The notes below the pieces were generated by a model. It did no database searches. It worked only from the letters and a program-made list of their open reading frames with translations, and was not told where the DNA came from. Positions 39,321 through 52,612 of a stretch of 64,000 nucleotides of DNA are shown piece after piece (the first letter of the stretch is position 1; every line of letters starts with the position of its first letter). Both the position numbers and the translations under genes were made by a program. Origin of the DNA: Octopus sinensis (lineage: Eukaryota); contig NC_043012.1 in assembly GCF_006345805.1 (NCBI RefSeq), forward strand, positions 43,896,001 through 43,960,000, read 5' to 3'.

Positions 39321-39654
39321 AATACATATATATATATATATATTTAAAATAATAAGGGTGAAAAATTAAATATTAATTTGATTAATATCAATTTAACACC
39401 TTTTATATGTGTGTGTGTGTATGGAGTCGAACCAGGGACAGCTGATGAAGGGGAACATTCCTTGTATTGTTTGTCTTGTACTCGTTGTTAAAAAAGTCCG
39501 TTTCCATGTTTGTTTTTATGTTTTCGTTTCTCGTTGAGTTCTACGTCTATTTGTGGTGTCCTGTACTCATATATATATATATATGCATGTATGTATACAT
39601 GTAGATGTAGGTACGTACATATATGTATGTGTGTATGCATATATTTTATTTTTT

Positions 39655-39713
<59 letters not shown>

Positions 39714-39784
39714 GTCTGATAGATAAATAGGCAGACAGACAGACAAGCAGGCAGGCAGACAGGCAGCCTGACAGACACAGATAG

Positions 39785-39838
<54 letters not shown>

Positions 39839-40224
39839 TGGTAGGTAGGTAGGTAGGTAGGTAGGTAGGTAGGTAGGTAGGTAGGTAGGTAGGTAGGTAA
39901 AAAGACACAGATATAACAGAGATACTATATCTAAGGTGAAGAAAACAGAACCGCCTACGCTTACCAAAACTCACATCTGTCATAATCCAGGAAACTATGC
40001 TAACACACGCAGGATACATTTCATTCACTCCGACTTAACGCTCACAGATTGTCACTACGCAGTTACATTGTTTCTATTTATCTTGATTGTCACGCGAGAA
40101 TCTTCAATATTTCGTGATATTTAACCCTGCACGATATTAAGACCATGTCATGTTATATTTATCATTTAACATAATTTTTCACTCTGAAACTATTGTATTA
40201 CTATTATACTTTGAAGAGACATAG

Positions 40225-40590
40225 GCACACTAATTTTGGCACAAGGCCAGCAATTTTGGGGTGGGGCTAAATCGATTATATCGACCTCAGTGCTCAACTG
40301 GTGCTTATTTGAACGATCCAGGAAGGATGAAAGGCAAAGTCGACCTCGGCGGAATTTGAGCTCAACACGAAAAGTCGGACGAAAGGCCGCTAAGCATTTT
40401 GCCCGGTGTGCTACCAATTATGCCAGCTGACCGGCTTTCTAAGCACACTAATAATGCTTTCAAATTTTGACACAAGGACACCAATTTCGGGAGAGGGAAT
40501 TATTTGATTGCCTTGAGCCTAGTGCTCAACTGGTACTTATTTTATCGGCCCCGAAAGGATGAATGGCAATGTTGACCTCGGCGGGATCCT
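40225..40590 (-). mobile_element. Two adjacent SINE family B copies/fragments
   Basis: Reverse complements of the family B body at about 40225-40432 and 40470-40585. Confidence 0.75.
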
Positions 40591-41043
40591 AAGCACACTA
40601 ATATTAAAAATGCAAATGATAAAAATGAAATGATTAAGATTTTCAGTTATAAACATTAAACAGAATACTAAGCAAGAATTTTAAAATAGAAAAAGGTGTT
40701 CGCAAGACCATTGTAGGAATCAGAGCACGTATTTGTCGTAAATCGGACAGCCGTCCTAATCCTTTCCCCAAATTGACCTAATTCGTTACATCCATTCAAA
40801 TTAAAGCCCACAAATAAAGTATCAATACGCTATCTACTTTGTTAATAACTACCTCGCCTACCTCACGAGAGTCTTCGATGTTTCAAACTATTTACTCAAA
40901 GGGTGTACATGTATGTATGTATGTATGTATGTATGTATGTATGTTGTATGTATGTATGTATGTATGTATGTATGTATGTATGTATGTATGTATTGTATTG
41001 TATAGTATGTATGTATATCAGGTAACTTATGAGGCTCTCATAA

Positions 41044-44000
41044 GTGCTATTGGTAACATGGAATCCAGTACAACCTGTTGCATGGTCGTGTTGTCGGCGG
41101 CTAAACCGACACCCCCACCAGGCTACCCTGGTGAGGAAGGTTGCTAGAAACCCAGCAGGATTAAAAACAAGACCTGTTGAAAGGTCGGATGAACCTAGTA
41201 CAGGCTCGATGGCTATCTAGCAATAGCACGGGTACGCAGAAACTCCGGGATGGTGTCCGGCATGCTGAAAGACCACTGGATGAGGCACCCCTCAGCTTCT
41301 GTTGAAGCATGTATCTAGAGGTCACACTGATATAAAACCAGATATGCAGGGAATGGAATTGGACATTTTGGGGAACTTTGGTTTGTGCTAGAGATCATGC
41401 CGCTCCTTCAACCATGAGCCTGCGACTCATATTGGCACCAGATATCTTGTTCCGGGTTGTCTCTGGATAATGTCAATAAAGTGGAGAGGGTCTATGAGGT
41501 GTCGTGCGAGCCTTATTGGATCTAAAACTCTGCACAGACATTGCTGATCTCTACTCGATATGTGCTGGAGTTGGTTTTTTTTCGATATATATTTATTTTA
41601 TTTTCAGTGTATATGTATCTTTATTTTTAGTATGGATTTATATATTCATTAATTTTTAGTATATATTCATTTTATTTTTATTCGGAAGTCCAACGGCGAT
41701 GAGAAGGTGGCGAGGCTTGCAGACCTGACGGGTTGGAAGCATGTAGTCAGTGACCTGCATATAGGCAGCCCATGCTAGATATAAAATCGCCTCCTTGTCG
41801 CCCAAGAGGAAGTGGGAGCTGGATACACCGTTTTTTGGAAGGAGAGACAGAAGGAGGAGCGCAGAGAGGTTGGTGTTGGATTTGCAGTTCGATCTGATAT
41901 CCTTAAGAAGTTGGAGGAGCTTCCTGTTCCTATAAATGAACGTCTAAGGATTCTACGATTGCACCTGAAAGGTGGGCGGTTTGCTACTGTAATAAGTGTC
42001 TATGCACCTACTTTGAGAAGTTGTGATGCCGATAAAACTATTTTTATAACCAGCTGAGAGCCATACTTAGGAAAATTCTGATAAAGTCATTCTATTGGGG
42101 GATTTCAATGCCATGGGTGGGAACAGACTGGAACGCTCTATGACGTTTTGGTATAGGGAAAATGAATAGCAATGGTCTCATGCTGCTGGAGCTTTGCGAT
42201 GAACTTGGACTTTACATCGCAAGCACTCATTTTATGCACAAAGGTGATTACACAACAACGTGGATGCATCCAAGGTCTAAAGTTTGGCACTTGCTGGATT
42301 ATGTCATCATCCGCAAGCGTGACATCTATGACATTTGTAATGTCAAGTCCTTTCATGGATCGGAATGCTGGACAGACCACAGTCTGGTGCGAGTAAAGTT
42401 CTGGATGATGATTAGAGTGAAAGAGAGAAGAGAGCCAGTCGGCATTCCTCGGCGTCTGAATGTCCACAAGATATATGATGCTGTGTTGAGGAAGGAACTG
42501 CAGACTCGCTTGTCCAGCATGGAAAATACTACAGTATGGGAAGATTTTCGAGACCAGGTTCTTCAATGTGTTGCTGAAACACTGGGATGTGCTACTGCCA
42601 GACACAGAGACTGGTTTGATGAAAATGATGCTGAAGTTCAGCGATTATTGGCTGTAAAGCGCCATGCCCACAATATATTGCTGCACAGAAGACTTTCAGC
42701 TGTGCAGCAAAATCTAGCACTTTCCCACTATAGCAGTGTAAAATCACTACTGCATCGATCTCTCAGGAAGATGCAGAACACTTGGTGAGAGGATCTTGAT
42801 CGTAGTGTTCAGGCTGCTGCTGATGCAAATGACAGCAAGAAGCTTTACCCTCTTATGAAGCAAGTTTGTGGGTCTAAGAACTCTGCATCAGCTTTTTTGC
42901 TTTCCAAGGAGTCTTCTACTCTACTAAATCAACAGAAATCACAGATCACTGGATTGAACACTTCTCTGAACCATGAGTCAGTTGTGGATGAAACAGTGAT
43001 TGATAATATGCAACAAAGACCTATCAACGCCCTCAATAGATGAGGTAATGTCATCAATAAATAAATTGAATCTTGGTAGGGCACCTGGAAGGGACAGAAT
43101 TTGTGCTGAGGTCTTGCGGTTTGGTGGTGATTACATCATACAGTCTCTTCATGGACTTATTAGTGTAATCTGGAGGGATGGTGCAATGCCTAGGGACTGG
43201 AAAGATGCAATTATTCTTCTAGAACAGTGTGTGGTAACTAAAGAGGTATTGCTGGCAAGGTTCTGACAAATATTCTTCTTACCCGCCTGAATGGATGTCT
43301 CGTAACTGATATTCTATCTGAATCTCAATGTGGCTTCCGATCTGGTAGAGGGACAATGGATATGATTTTCACAGTAAGACATATGCAGGAGAAGTACTAT
43401 GAGTAGAACATAGGGTCTTGCTATAGAAAATACTTGGCAAACTTGGATGTCCGGATCACTTTGTATCTATAATTAAATCATTTCTTGATGGGATGGAGGC
43501 TTGGGTCAGTGTTGGTGGTGGCATGGCGGGACCCATTCCTGTAGAGAAATGTGTTAAGCAGGGTGGCAGCCTTGCCCCAACTCTCTTTTCTTTGTACTTT
43601 GCTGCTGCTTTTACTCATGTTTTTGCGAAGGTTATCTCCCTGGGAATATATGTCAGGTATCGATCTTCTGGCCACCTCTTAATCTGCACCGATTTCCTGC
43701 CAATTCAAAAGTTTTCCAATCTCTTATTCATGACTTCCTTTATGCAGATGACTGTGGGTGACATACAAATACTTATGAATCGTATTTCTGCTTCTTGCAA
43801 GGCATTTGGACTCAGTATTAGCCTGGACAAAACTGTTGTAATGTTCCAGCCTGCACCAGGAATTCCATATGTGGAACCAGCTATCTTGGTTGAAGGAACA
43901 ATTCTGAAAGTGGTAGACAAGTTTGTCTACCTGGGTAGCATACTCAGCTGTTCATGCTCCCTGGGTGATGAAATATCTTTCAGGCTGTAGAGAGCAACTG

Positions 44001-44740
44001 ATTCCTTCCGGTCTCTTGAGTTTCGTGTCTGGTCCCAGCATGGCATCACAAAGCAAACAAAAATTGCTGTGTACCGTGCATGTGTGCTAACATCGCTCCT
44101 TTACTCGTGTGAGACATGGAACTTTTACGGATGTCATGTAAGGGGTCTTGAACGCTTTCATCAGAGATGTCTCAGACACATTCTGAATGCTGGTTGGACC
44201 TTAAGAACTCCAGACATACAGGTCTTGAGGATAGTTGATATCTTGAGTATTGAGGCGATTGTGCGCTAGCACCGGTTACGTTGGACTGGACACATTATTA
44301 GAATGAAAGATAACAGGGTCCCTATGCAGATGCTATATGAGGAACTTGTTAGTGGAAAATGACCCCGGCAAAAACCGAAGCTGCGATTTAAGGACTGCGT
44401 CAAATCCTCATTAAAGGCCTATGATATGTAGGAGACTGACTGGGAGAGCGATGCCTTTCATCCCCACAGATGGAGTAAGCAGGTTAAGGAGAGAGTTGAC
44501 ACCTTTGAGAGAGCACGTATTCTGCATGAAGAACTTAAGCCTGCTGCTCAAAAGTGCACTACTAATGTAGTGAATGGGGAAAGCTTGGTCTGCAATGTTT
44601 GCTGTCGTGTATGTTTGTCAAGAGCAGGGCTCACTAGCCACCAACGGAGCTGCAACTTCAAAATATAAGTTAGTCCTAGAGCGCACAATGTTCCTGAAGA
44701 TCGGCAATGGTCTTCCTCGGTCAACAGTGGACGGCCATCA
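41044..44740 (+). mobile_element. Near full-length RTE-clade LINE, pseudogenised
   Basis: APE endonuclease (GYTVFW..GVGFAV..SVYAPT; TWMHPRSKVWHLLDYVI..TDH), RT (QCGFRSGRGTMDMIF, VKQG..LAPTLF, LYADD), C-terminal CNVCCRVCLSRAGLTSHQRSC, short 3' UTR ending in (TGTA)n. Confidence 0.93.
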
Positions 44741-44784
44741 TGTATGCATGCATGTATGTATTATGTATGTATCCATGTATGTAC

Positions 44785-44829
<45 letters not shown>

Positions 44830-44847
<18 letters not shown>

Positions 44848-46330
44848 AATATTAGGGAATAAATCCAAACTTACAGGAAAAATTAGATTTAGTATTAAAT
44901 CCAATTTTATAGTATAAATATATTATATTATATTATATTATATTAGAGATTTAAAACCACTATTAGGCAAATCAAACAGTGAAAAACATAAGCCAATACA
45001 TAAAATTAATTTAAAAATATAAAAGTTAAAAATAAAAAATTATTTAAATAATTTAAACTTATAAATTTTATATATATATATACAAATATATATATATGTA
45101 TGTATGTATATTTTTATATTTATATATTATTTTATTTATTAATTAATTAATTTATTTATTTATTCATTTTTTTTATCAAATATCAAAAGTATTAAAAGTT
45201 TAATAAAAGATAAAGAGTAAAACACTACGATCGTTTCATGGCTGTACCAATTCGAATAACAATAATTTAAATTCAATTAATAATTCGATGGTTACAGTCA
45301 ATCTTCAGGTTAATTATTTTAAAAATAAACAGAAATATTTAAACAATATTTTTAAGATATAAATAATATAATAATTTTACTTATAATAAACTCTATTATC
45401 AAACTAGAAACTTAAAACTTAACAATTATGAATTATGATTATATCAAAATCGATTATAATGTTAAATATTAATTTTGATTTATAAGATAGGAAACCCACC
45501 AATAATCTAATATCGGTAATAGTCTATATCTAATTACATAAATATTTTTTTAAAAAATGACTATTATATATAAATTATCAATGAAAACATATAAATATAT
45601 ATAAATATTATAATTAAGATCTAAAATAATCTCTATAAATAAATATATATGCACATATAATAAAAACCTAATAAATTAATTTTTCATATTTAAAGATGAA
45701 ATAGCTAATTTCAAAAATACAAACAAACTTAAACGAACTTTCGGAAATCTTATTTAAAATACTTATAGAAATAATCAATTCGTAGTTATATAGTATCGAA
45801 TAAATACTATAAATACTATAAATATAATTATCAATGGGAATAACTAGCGAATATCAATTTAAAAAGACAATAACTAAGTTATGCTATTAAGTTAGACATG
45901 GCCTGGACCAATCTTTAGTCGAAACATATCTAAGTTTATCAAAGTTTATCTAATTTTAATTATAAGAAATTTAAAACTACAATTAATACTATTAATACAT
46001 GTATATACAAAAAACCTAACTTAAGACACTTCGTATACTTGCTATCAAACAACAAATCTATCGCTAAGTAATATCTTACGAATAAACTTAAATTAAATAT
46101 CTAATAATATAGAAACTTACGATAATTAGATCATTACATAAACAACGATATTTACATAAGGAAAATATTATTACACCAAAGACTTATAAAATATTAAAAT
46201 TTACAATTTAAAGATCTTAACGCTAGCATCCGGTATGCGGAGCTTTCAACTAGTAACCCTTGCCCCTGCATGTTGTTGCAAAAGATCTTACTCCCTGTTC
46301 GGATGTGATGTGTTATACTTTGGTTGGAAT
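44830..46330. mobile_element. Very AT-rich repeat, probably PLE-derived
   Basis: Shares AAACCACTATTAGG with 52152 and a terminal word with about 60440-60480; contains a hammerhead-like motif; no readable ORF. Confidence 0.4.
45221..45311 (-). ncRNA. Hammerhead-like motif with long stem II
   Basis: Minus strand CUGAAGA-U-UGACUGUAACCAUCGAAU...AUUCGAAUUGGUACAGCCA-U-GAAAC-GAUC-GU-A-GUG; stem I weak. Confidence 0.55.
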
Positions 46331-48592
46331 TAGGAAGCCAACCAGCTATTTACCGAATAAATCGAACACACTTTTACTCTGCTTCGAATACCGACGTTGA
46401 TCGTTTATGCCGAATAAAACGACTTGACTCTCCAGAATTGTTTCATGTCATACGTAGTCCTGCTGTCTTAGAAATCGTTGTAATTGAGTAACTGTTTCTA
46501 TACTGTCGGTAAATTTTCTATAGCTATAAATGTTGCTTTTGCTTTTGCTTTTCGAAACTTATTCTAAAATTTAAATTGCAAACAGTAGAGATGCCATCAG
46601 AATATTTGTCTAAAGCAACAATAGTTGTTGTAAGCAAACATTTGAAGCAAAGATACAATCAATGACACCGACATAATCAACCATCTGTTTTAACACCAAT
46701 ACCTATGACGACACTCATGCACACAGACGCGCATACATGCGCGCGCACGTTCACACACCGTGATTATTCCTTTCAAATAATACGAACAGCAGAGCTCAGT
46801 GACAACGCAAGACAACTGACAAGATGACAAAAACAAAGCCGTCTCCTCCTCAAAATTATACAGGAAATAAAGGGAAAACATGATAGTGTGAAATAAAGAA
46901 ATACTGCATGCAATATGAAGTAAGGAATTTAATTGATTTATAATGCTATAGAATCTATACAGACAGTGTGTACATTGGAATTCTAACGGGTGTTATTGAT
47001 TAAGTTTTACAATGTTCTCTTTCATGTGCTTTTTGTACTCAGAATTTTTAACTTCCACTTGATCTGCACCAATGTTTTTGTGTTGTGCCATAGATGACTG
47101 GAAGCAACTTTTAAAGGGTATCTATAGAGAATCTGAGACTGGGAAGATCTATTCATGTTTGCTTCATTTGGAAAAAAATTAGCTTGTTAGAGAATGCACA
47201 TAAAAAAAAAATAGGCCACGCTTTACAGAAGGCGATCGACTAATTTGTATATCAAATATAAGCACGGATAACACGGCTAAAACTCTCGAATTCTAAGCTT
47301 AATCTCTAGTGAGATTTCATGTTGGCATCAAAAATATAATTTTCTCAAAACTACATCCCAAACACTAGATTTCCATTTGAAGACCAGAAAATTCTGTAGC
47401 TCTAATAAACTGATGAGCCTCCTTTTTTTATAGTTTTATCAGAGAAGGAATTTCAACATCCTCTTTCCTCAGACTTTTCTATCAATACTTAATTAGTCTC
47501 TTCTCTTCTGAATTGCCTAGTCCCCTAGTCGTTTCTCATTCTCTTGTCACCATTATTTTTTCAACCACAATCCAGCCTCCATCCCAAACTTGGTGCTATC
47601 TCTCCGGAATTTCACTCTTCTAGAATTCCTTCCAGCCCATATTTTTCCAGCGATTGTCAGACAAAGAGAAATGTCAACTGTGCAGATCTCATCAGACTCA
47701 GAAGACCTGTGAAGGCCTTGGATACAGGCACCTTCTCCAAAGCATTTAATAAAAATTGTCAAAGTGCTATGCAATGAGATCATACCCATAACTACTTCAC
47801 TGCGAGCTGTGAAGCTGCTATAAAACAGTTTACCTAAAGTATAATACCAAAACTGTGTTAATAGCTGCTACAGATATCATTACAATGTTTTATCATAAAC
47901 TTTTTGATTCTAAAGAAGACTCTTACTTCCACAACATTCTCATCTAAGAAACTATTTTCTTTAAACATTTCTTCTCAGACTTCTTCAATATCTGATCGTT
48001 ATATATAAATTGCGTTTTAGGTTTTGTTTGAAAACAAAGACTATAATCTTGTTATCGTTTTATCCGTGATTCATACATCATTTCCATATATATTGCTATT
48101 TTTTAATAAGAGAATTATTCAAACACGAAATCTTAGATTCAGAAAAAATGTGAAATACATCACAAGGAATCATAATTCAGTCATATAATTTTTTCTTTTT
48201 CTTTGCCCTAACCTCGTAGGAATAACAGATTATATCTGAAAAATTAGCTGGTCGTTTGGCCCATTTACAAAAAATAAATGTCAATAGAAGAATTAATGAA
48301 AAACTTGAAAGCGCCGACTTATTTTCATATCTTAAAAATATATCAACTGACAAACATTCAAGTTCGAAACAATTCCTTCTTAGTATCTTTAAACACTTGG
48401 ACACATTCACAAAACCGCACACAAGGATGTGTGTGCGAATGTACATAACTATTTATATATGTGAATATGTTATTTATATATATGTATATGTATATACGTA
48501 CGCATAATATGTTTTTTTTTTCAAAATGTAACCACACGTGATTCGTTGACAATTTTTCCCCTCAGTCTTCCTTTTCCACTGGACTTTCCTCT

Positions 48593-48627
48593 GTTTCTGA
48601 AGAAGAGCTTTGTTCGAAACGTAAAAC
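48593..48627 (+). ncRNA. Minimal type I hammerhead candidate
   Basis: GUUU-CUGAAGA-A-GAGC(UUU)GUUC-GAAAC-GU-A-AAAC; palindromic loopless stem III (ACGU); predicted cleavage after A48623. Confidence 0.7.
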
Positions 48628-48736
48628 TACCTTTCTTTCCTTCCCTGAACGTCTGCTAATACTTTACATGTACCACGTCCTCGTGTTGTTGTCTTTTTTG
48701 TGTTTGTTCTTCGTTTTTTTTTTGGTGGGGGGGATT

Positions 48737-48779
<43 letters not shown>

Positions 48780-48780
<1 letters not shown>

Positions 48781-48964
48781 TTTATTTAAAGCAGCAGAAA
48801 ATTCAACAAAACCTGTTACTCTGAGTTTCCCGTTGCCGTTCATCGGACAGTTTTGCTAGAATGGAACCGATATGTCAATTCTATCTAGCAAAACTGTCCG
48901 ATGAACGGCAACGGGAAACTCAGAGTAACAGGTTTTGTTGAATTTTCTGCTGCTTTAAATAAAG
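48780..48964. repeat. Perfect 81-bp inverted repeat, 23-nt spacer
   Basis: 48780-48860 is the exact reverse complement of 48884-48964; a diverged single copy lies at about 63530-63600. Confidence 0.95.
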
Positions 48965-49780
48965 CATATTACTCTACCACTGGTATTTGAGTACTCTTTT
49001 TTCCACCTTGTTTCACATTTATGTGTTTACTCCGGTATATATATATATATATATATAGACCGACTATTAATGCACAGGTGCTACCAGTCGAGAGCTCCGC
49101 ATACCGGAAGCCAGCAAGTGTAAGGGGTCATCATAAACTTATATGAATAATAAACCTATTATATTTTGAATTTTGAATGATTTTATCTGCTCCTTATTTA
49201 ACGTATTTCGTTTAGCCCGTATTGATGTCGTTTAGCCCGGGCTCAACCCAGACTGAACATACCGATGATCAAAGATGCTTTTATCACGATCCTCTCAATC
49301 TCCTCTCAAATACTACGCACATAGCACATTTTCCAATACATCTCCACCATTTCTAAAGATGGGTTATAATTTAAGGGATACTTAGTGCTATTTCTAACAA
49401 GTCGACCTAACCACATAGAAGCTTCTTAGTTGGTTGTTTTTGAACTGAATGATCAAAAGCGTTTCTGCTGCAACCAGTCTTTGAGAGATTGCTTTATTAT
49501 TCAAACAGTATGCCGAAGACTTCCTTGCTCAATGTTTTCTACACTTTCTGGGGGCGATATATGAGATTTGGATCATGCATCCACATTGATGCTGGTAGCT
49601 GCACGTGTGTTTTTGTACTGGTGTAAATATATGTTCAAACACACTCACACACACACACACATACACACGCACACACACATACACACACTCACTCCCACAC
49701 ACACTTACACTCGCACACATACACACACACGCACATACCTACACAGACATACATGCTTATATGTATGAATAGGTGTGTGT

Positions 49781-49821
<41 letters not shown>

Positions 49822-51704
49822 TGTGTGTGTGTGTGTGTGTGCAGATTTCTTCCACCAAATCCAGTCTACCACAATTTCTGCTGTCAAACACTGATGGCGT
49901 CTTTCCTTCTGTCTTTGAATCACACGTCGATTTCTCCTTTTTTCTTATTTTCTTTCTCTTCAGATATCTAAATAAAGGTAGTGACGTAGTCATCGATTGG
50001 ACGTTTTCAATTATTTATTTATTTATTTATTTCGGTGTCAACCGATAGAATAGATTTCCAATAGTAAGTTCTAAAGAATTCGAGGTTTTGACTTCGGGAG
50101 GATTAAGACTTTCACAGTTTATTACTTTTGGGATTTTTATATTCTTTCTATTTCTTGGCATATTGATTTCATACAACTTTTTAAAAAAATAGATTGTGAA
50201 TTTTTTTAATTTTCTGGAAGATTACTACCCTCGTAGAATGGTGTGGCTGAAAACAAGAGCTTGCTGCTATATCACTTTGCTTATTGCTAAACCATTTAGC
50301 TATGTAACTTATAGCGGACGTAGTCAAACCTTCTTGTTACAATTAAAACCAATGAGCTTTCATTGCTTTCATGATAAATATGAAAGTTGAGGAACTTTAT
50401 AAAGAAATTGGTGACATAATTGTTATAATAACTAAATTAACTATTGTTTTTGATGCTGGTGGCTCTCGGTGTAATTAACCTAAGTGAATTGTTGGTTATT
50501 TTTACAATATGTTAAATCTTCACGCCCTGTTTTGCACTTTAATCTATTTAGTCTTCCGCTCCAACTTCGACAGTACAGTCAAGTCTAATGGTGCTAAAAT
50601 GACGAAATTATTAAAATTATATTAGTCACTAAGATAATGTAATTTTCTCTCTACTTAACTAGTGTCTTTAATTAGCTATTAGCTGACTATATCAAATTTT
50701 CTAACACCAACTTTATTGTTTGTTTGTTTTTTCATACATTGATCGTTTGTGAGGACTTTATTTTTTTAATAAGCATTTATTCATCTGTGGTTGGACACCC
50801 TTTAACGAAACATATAACCTTCCACAGTTGTCCTGGGTAATTCATGATGATAATGCCGGTCTTTTGGTGATGGAAGTACTTCTGATATCTAGATACGCCC
50901 AAACTCTCAGTACCATTACTATGTCTTACGAAAGCTGTTGGAGCTTCGATGAATTATATTTATGACAATCCAATTCCTAAAGAAGGGACTGAAACCGACT
51001 GAAGGAGGACAGCCGTCAAGTATTGGTGATCAATCCTACCGAAAGCTTTCAATTGATTTACGTTGACTAGTGCCCCCATCCATGTCAAGTTCCTCCCAAT
51101 GAAGTTGCAACAGGTCATCGCGGTTGGCCCTGAAATCAATCCTATGTTCCATTCCGTTATTTGTCCCGAGCAGTCAACCGAAGTGTTACTGAAAAGCTGT
51201 AAACATCCACTTGGAATTGATTAAAATACACTCATCATGGTTCGCCAAAGACCAAATAGTATCTTTCTTACCATGTTGTACCTCTACTACTCATATCCAT
51301 CGAACAGTCTTCGATCCATCGTATCTTAGATTACGCGCCTTAGCATTGATAACGGAGTCTTCGTGCATCGCGTAGAAGTGATCGAGGTACAATCTTATTG
51401 TATGCATGTCGCTTGCGAGATTTTTACAAAGCGCTTCTTCTAAGTTTCTATCTACGCCTCCTTCTGTTTTATTTTTGACTGTCGCCACTTCCTTACTAAA
51501 CCTTATTGATCCTGTTCTAAACGTTCTTTTCAGGTAAACCACCATTTGTTGTAGAAGAACGACCCTGACAACGCACGTTTACCGTACTCGCTGATAGATA
51601 GGCCAATAAAGAGAGATGAAATCGATTGTCCACAATTCAAAGAGGTCGGCTATAAGATCACAATGCTTGGTCTGAGCGGTCGACCTAGAAAGGCTTATTC
51701 ATTT

Positions 51705-51901
51705 ATTCTTTTATTCTTATATTTGTTTCAATCATTTGACTGCGGCCGTGCTGAAGCACCACCTTTGATCGAACAAATCGACCCCAGGACTTATTCTTTG
51801 TGAGCCTAGTACTTATTCTATCTGCCTCCTTTGCCGAACACACCAACATCTGCTGTCAAGCGATGTAAGGGGGCAAACACAGACACACACACAAATATAC
51901 G

Positions 51902-51993
<92 letters not shown>

Positions 51994-52387
51994 TCAAGGT
52001 AATATAAATTTTAGAAATTTTTACTACCAGTGGCCTAGCGTGTAGATAAATTAGTCAATAGACTATATATTATTCATATAAATACAGTGAACATTTAAAT
52101 ACATAAGAGGTATCCATGAAGATACCTCGCAAGAAGGAACACCCAAAATCCAAACCACTATTAGGGATAAACCTCTAGGCGTACCTGTTGCTGAAGACTT
52201 CACTTGGCAAATTATTTTATTTGCTAAAAAAAGCCTGAAACCATGGTTCAGGAGACAGATGGTAAATGCTTTTATTTTTCATTCCCTTCGAGGTTTATCC
52301 CTAATAGTGGTTTGAAATTTGGCTGTTCCTTCTAGCAAGCCAGGAATCTATGACGTATCCCTCTTATGTGTTTAAATGTACACTGTA

Positions 52388-52452
<65 letters not shown>

Positions 52453-52612
52453 CGTGCTTCTTTCAGTTTCCGTCTACAAAATACACACACAAGGCTTTGG
52501 TCGGCCCGAGGCTAGAGTAGAAGTCACTTACCCAAGGTGTCACACAGTGAGGCGGAACCTAGAACCATGTGGTTGGGAAGAAAGCTTCGTACCACACAGC
52601 CACGCTGCGCCT
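51705..52612 (-). mobile_element. SINE family A split by a fold-back insertion
   Basis: 3' half at 51705-51895 and 5' half at 52451-52612 in the same orientation; the internal microsatellite holds an inverted repeat (52080-52176 / 52290-52390). Confidence 0.8.
52184..52254 (+). ncRNA. Hammerhead-like motif in fold-back spacer
   Basis: CUGAAGA (52191), stem II hairpin UUGGCAAAU/AUUUGCUAA, GAAAC-CAUG-GU-U with palindromic stem III, stem I (CCUG)UUG/CAGG. Confidence 0.55.

Noticed and set aside
39442-39475. Hammerhead at CTGATGAAGGGG
   Set aside because: No downstream GAAA or stem III in this copy.
47544-47789. Coding exon (77-78 aa ORFs on both strands)
   Set aside because: No recognisable domain or clear splice sites.
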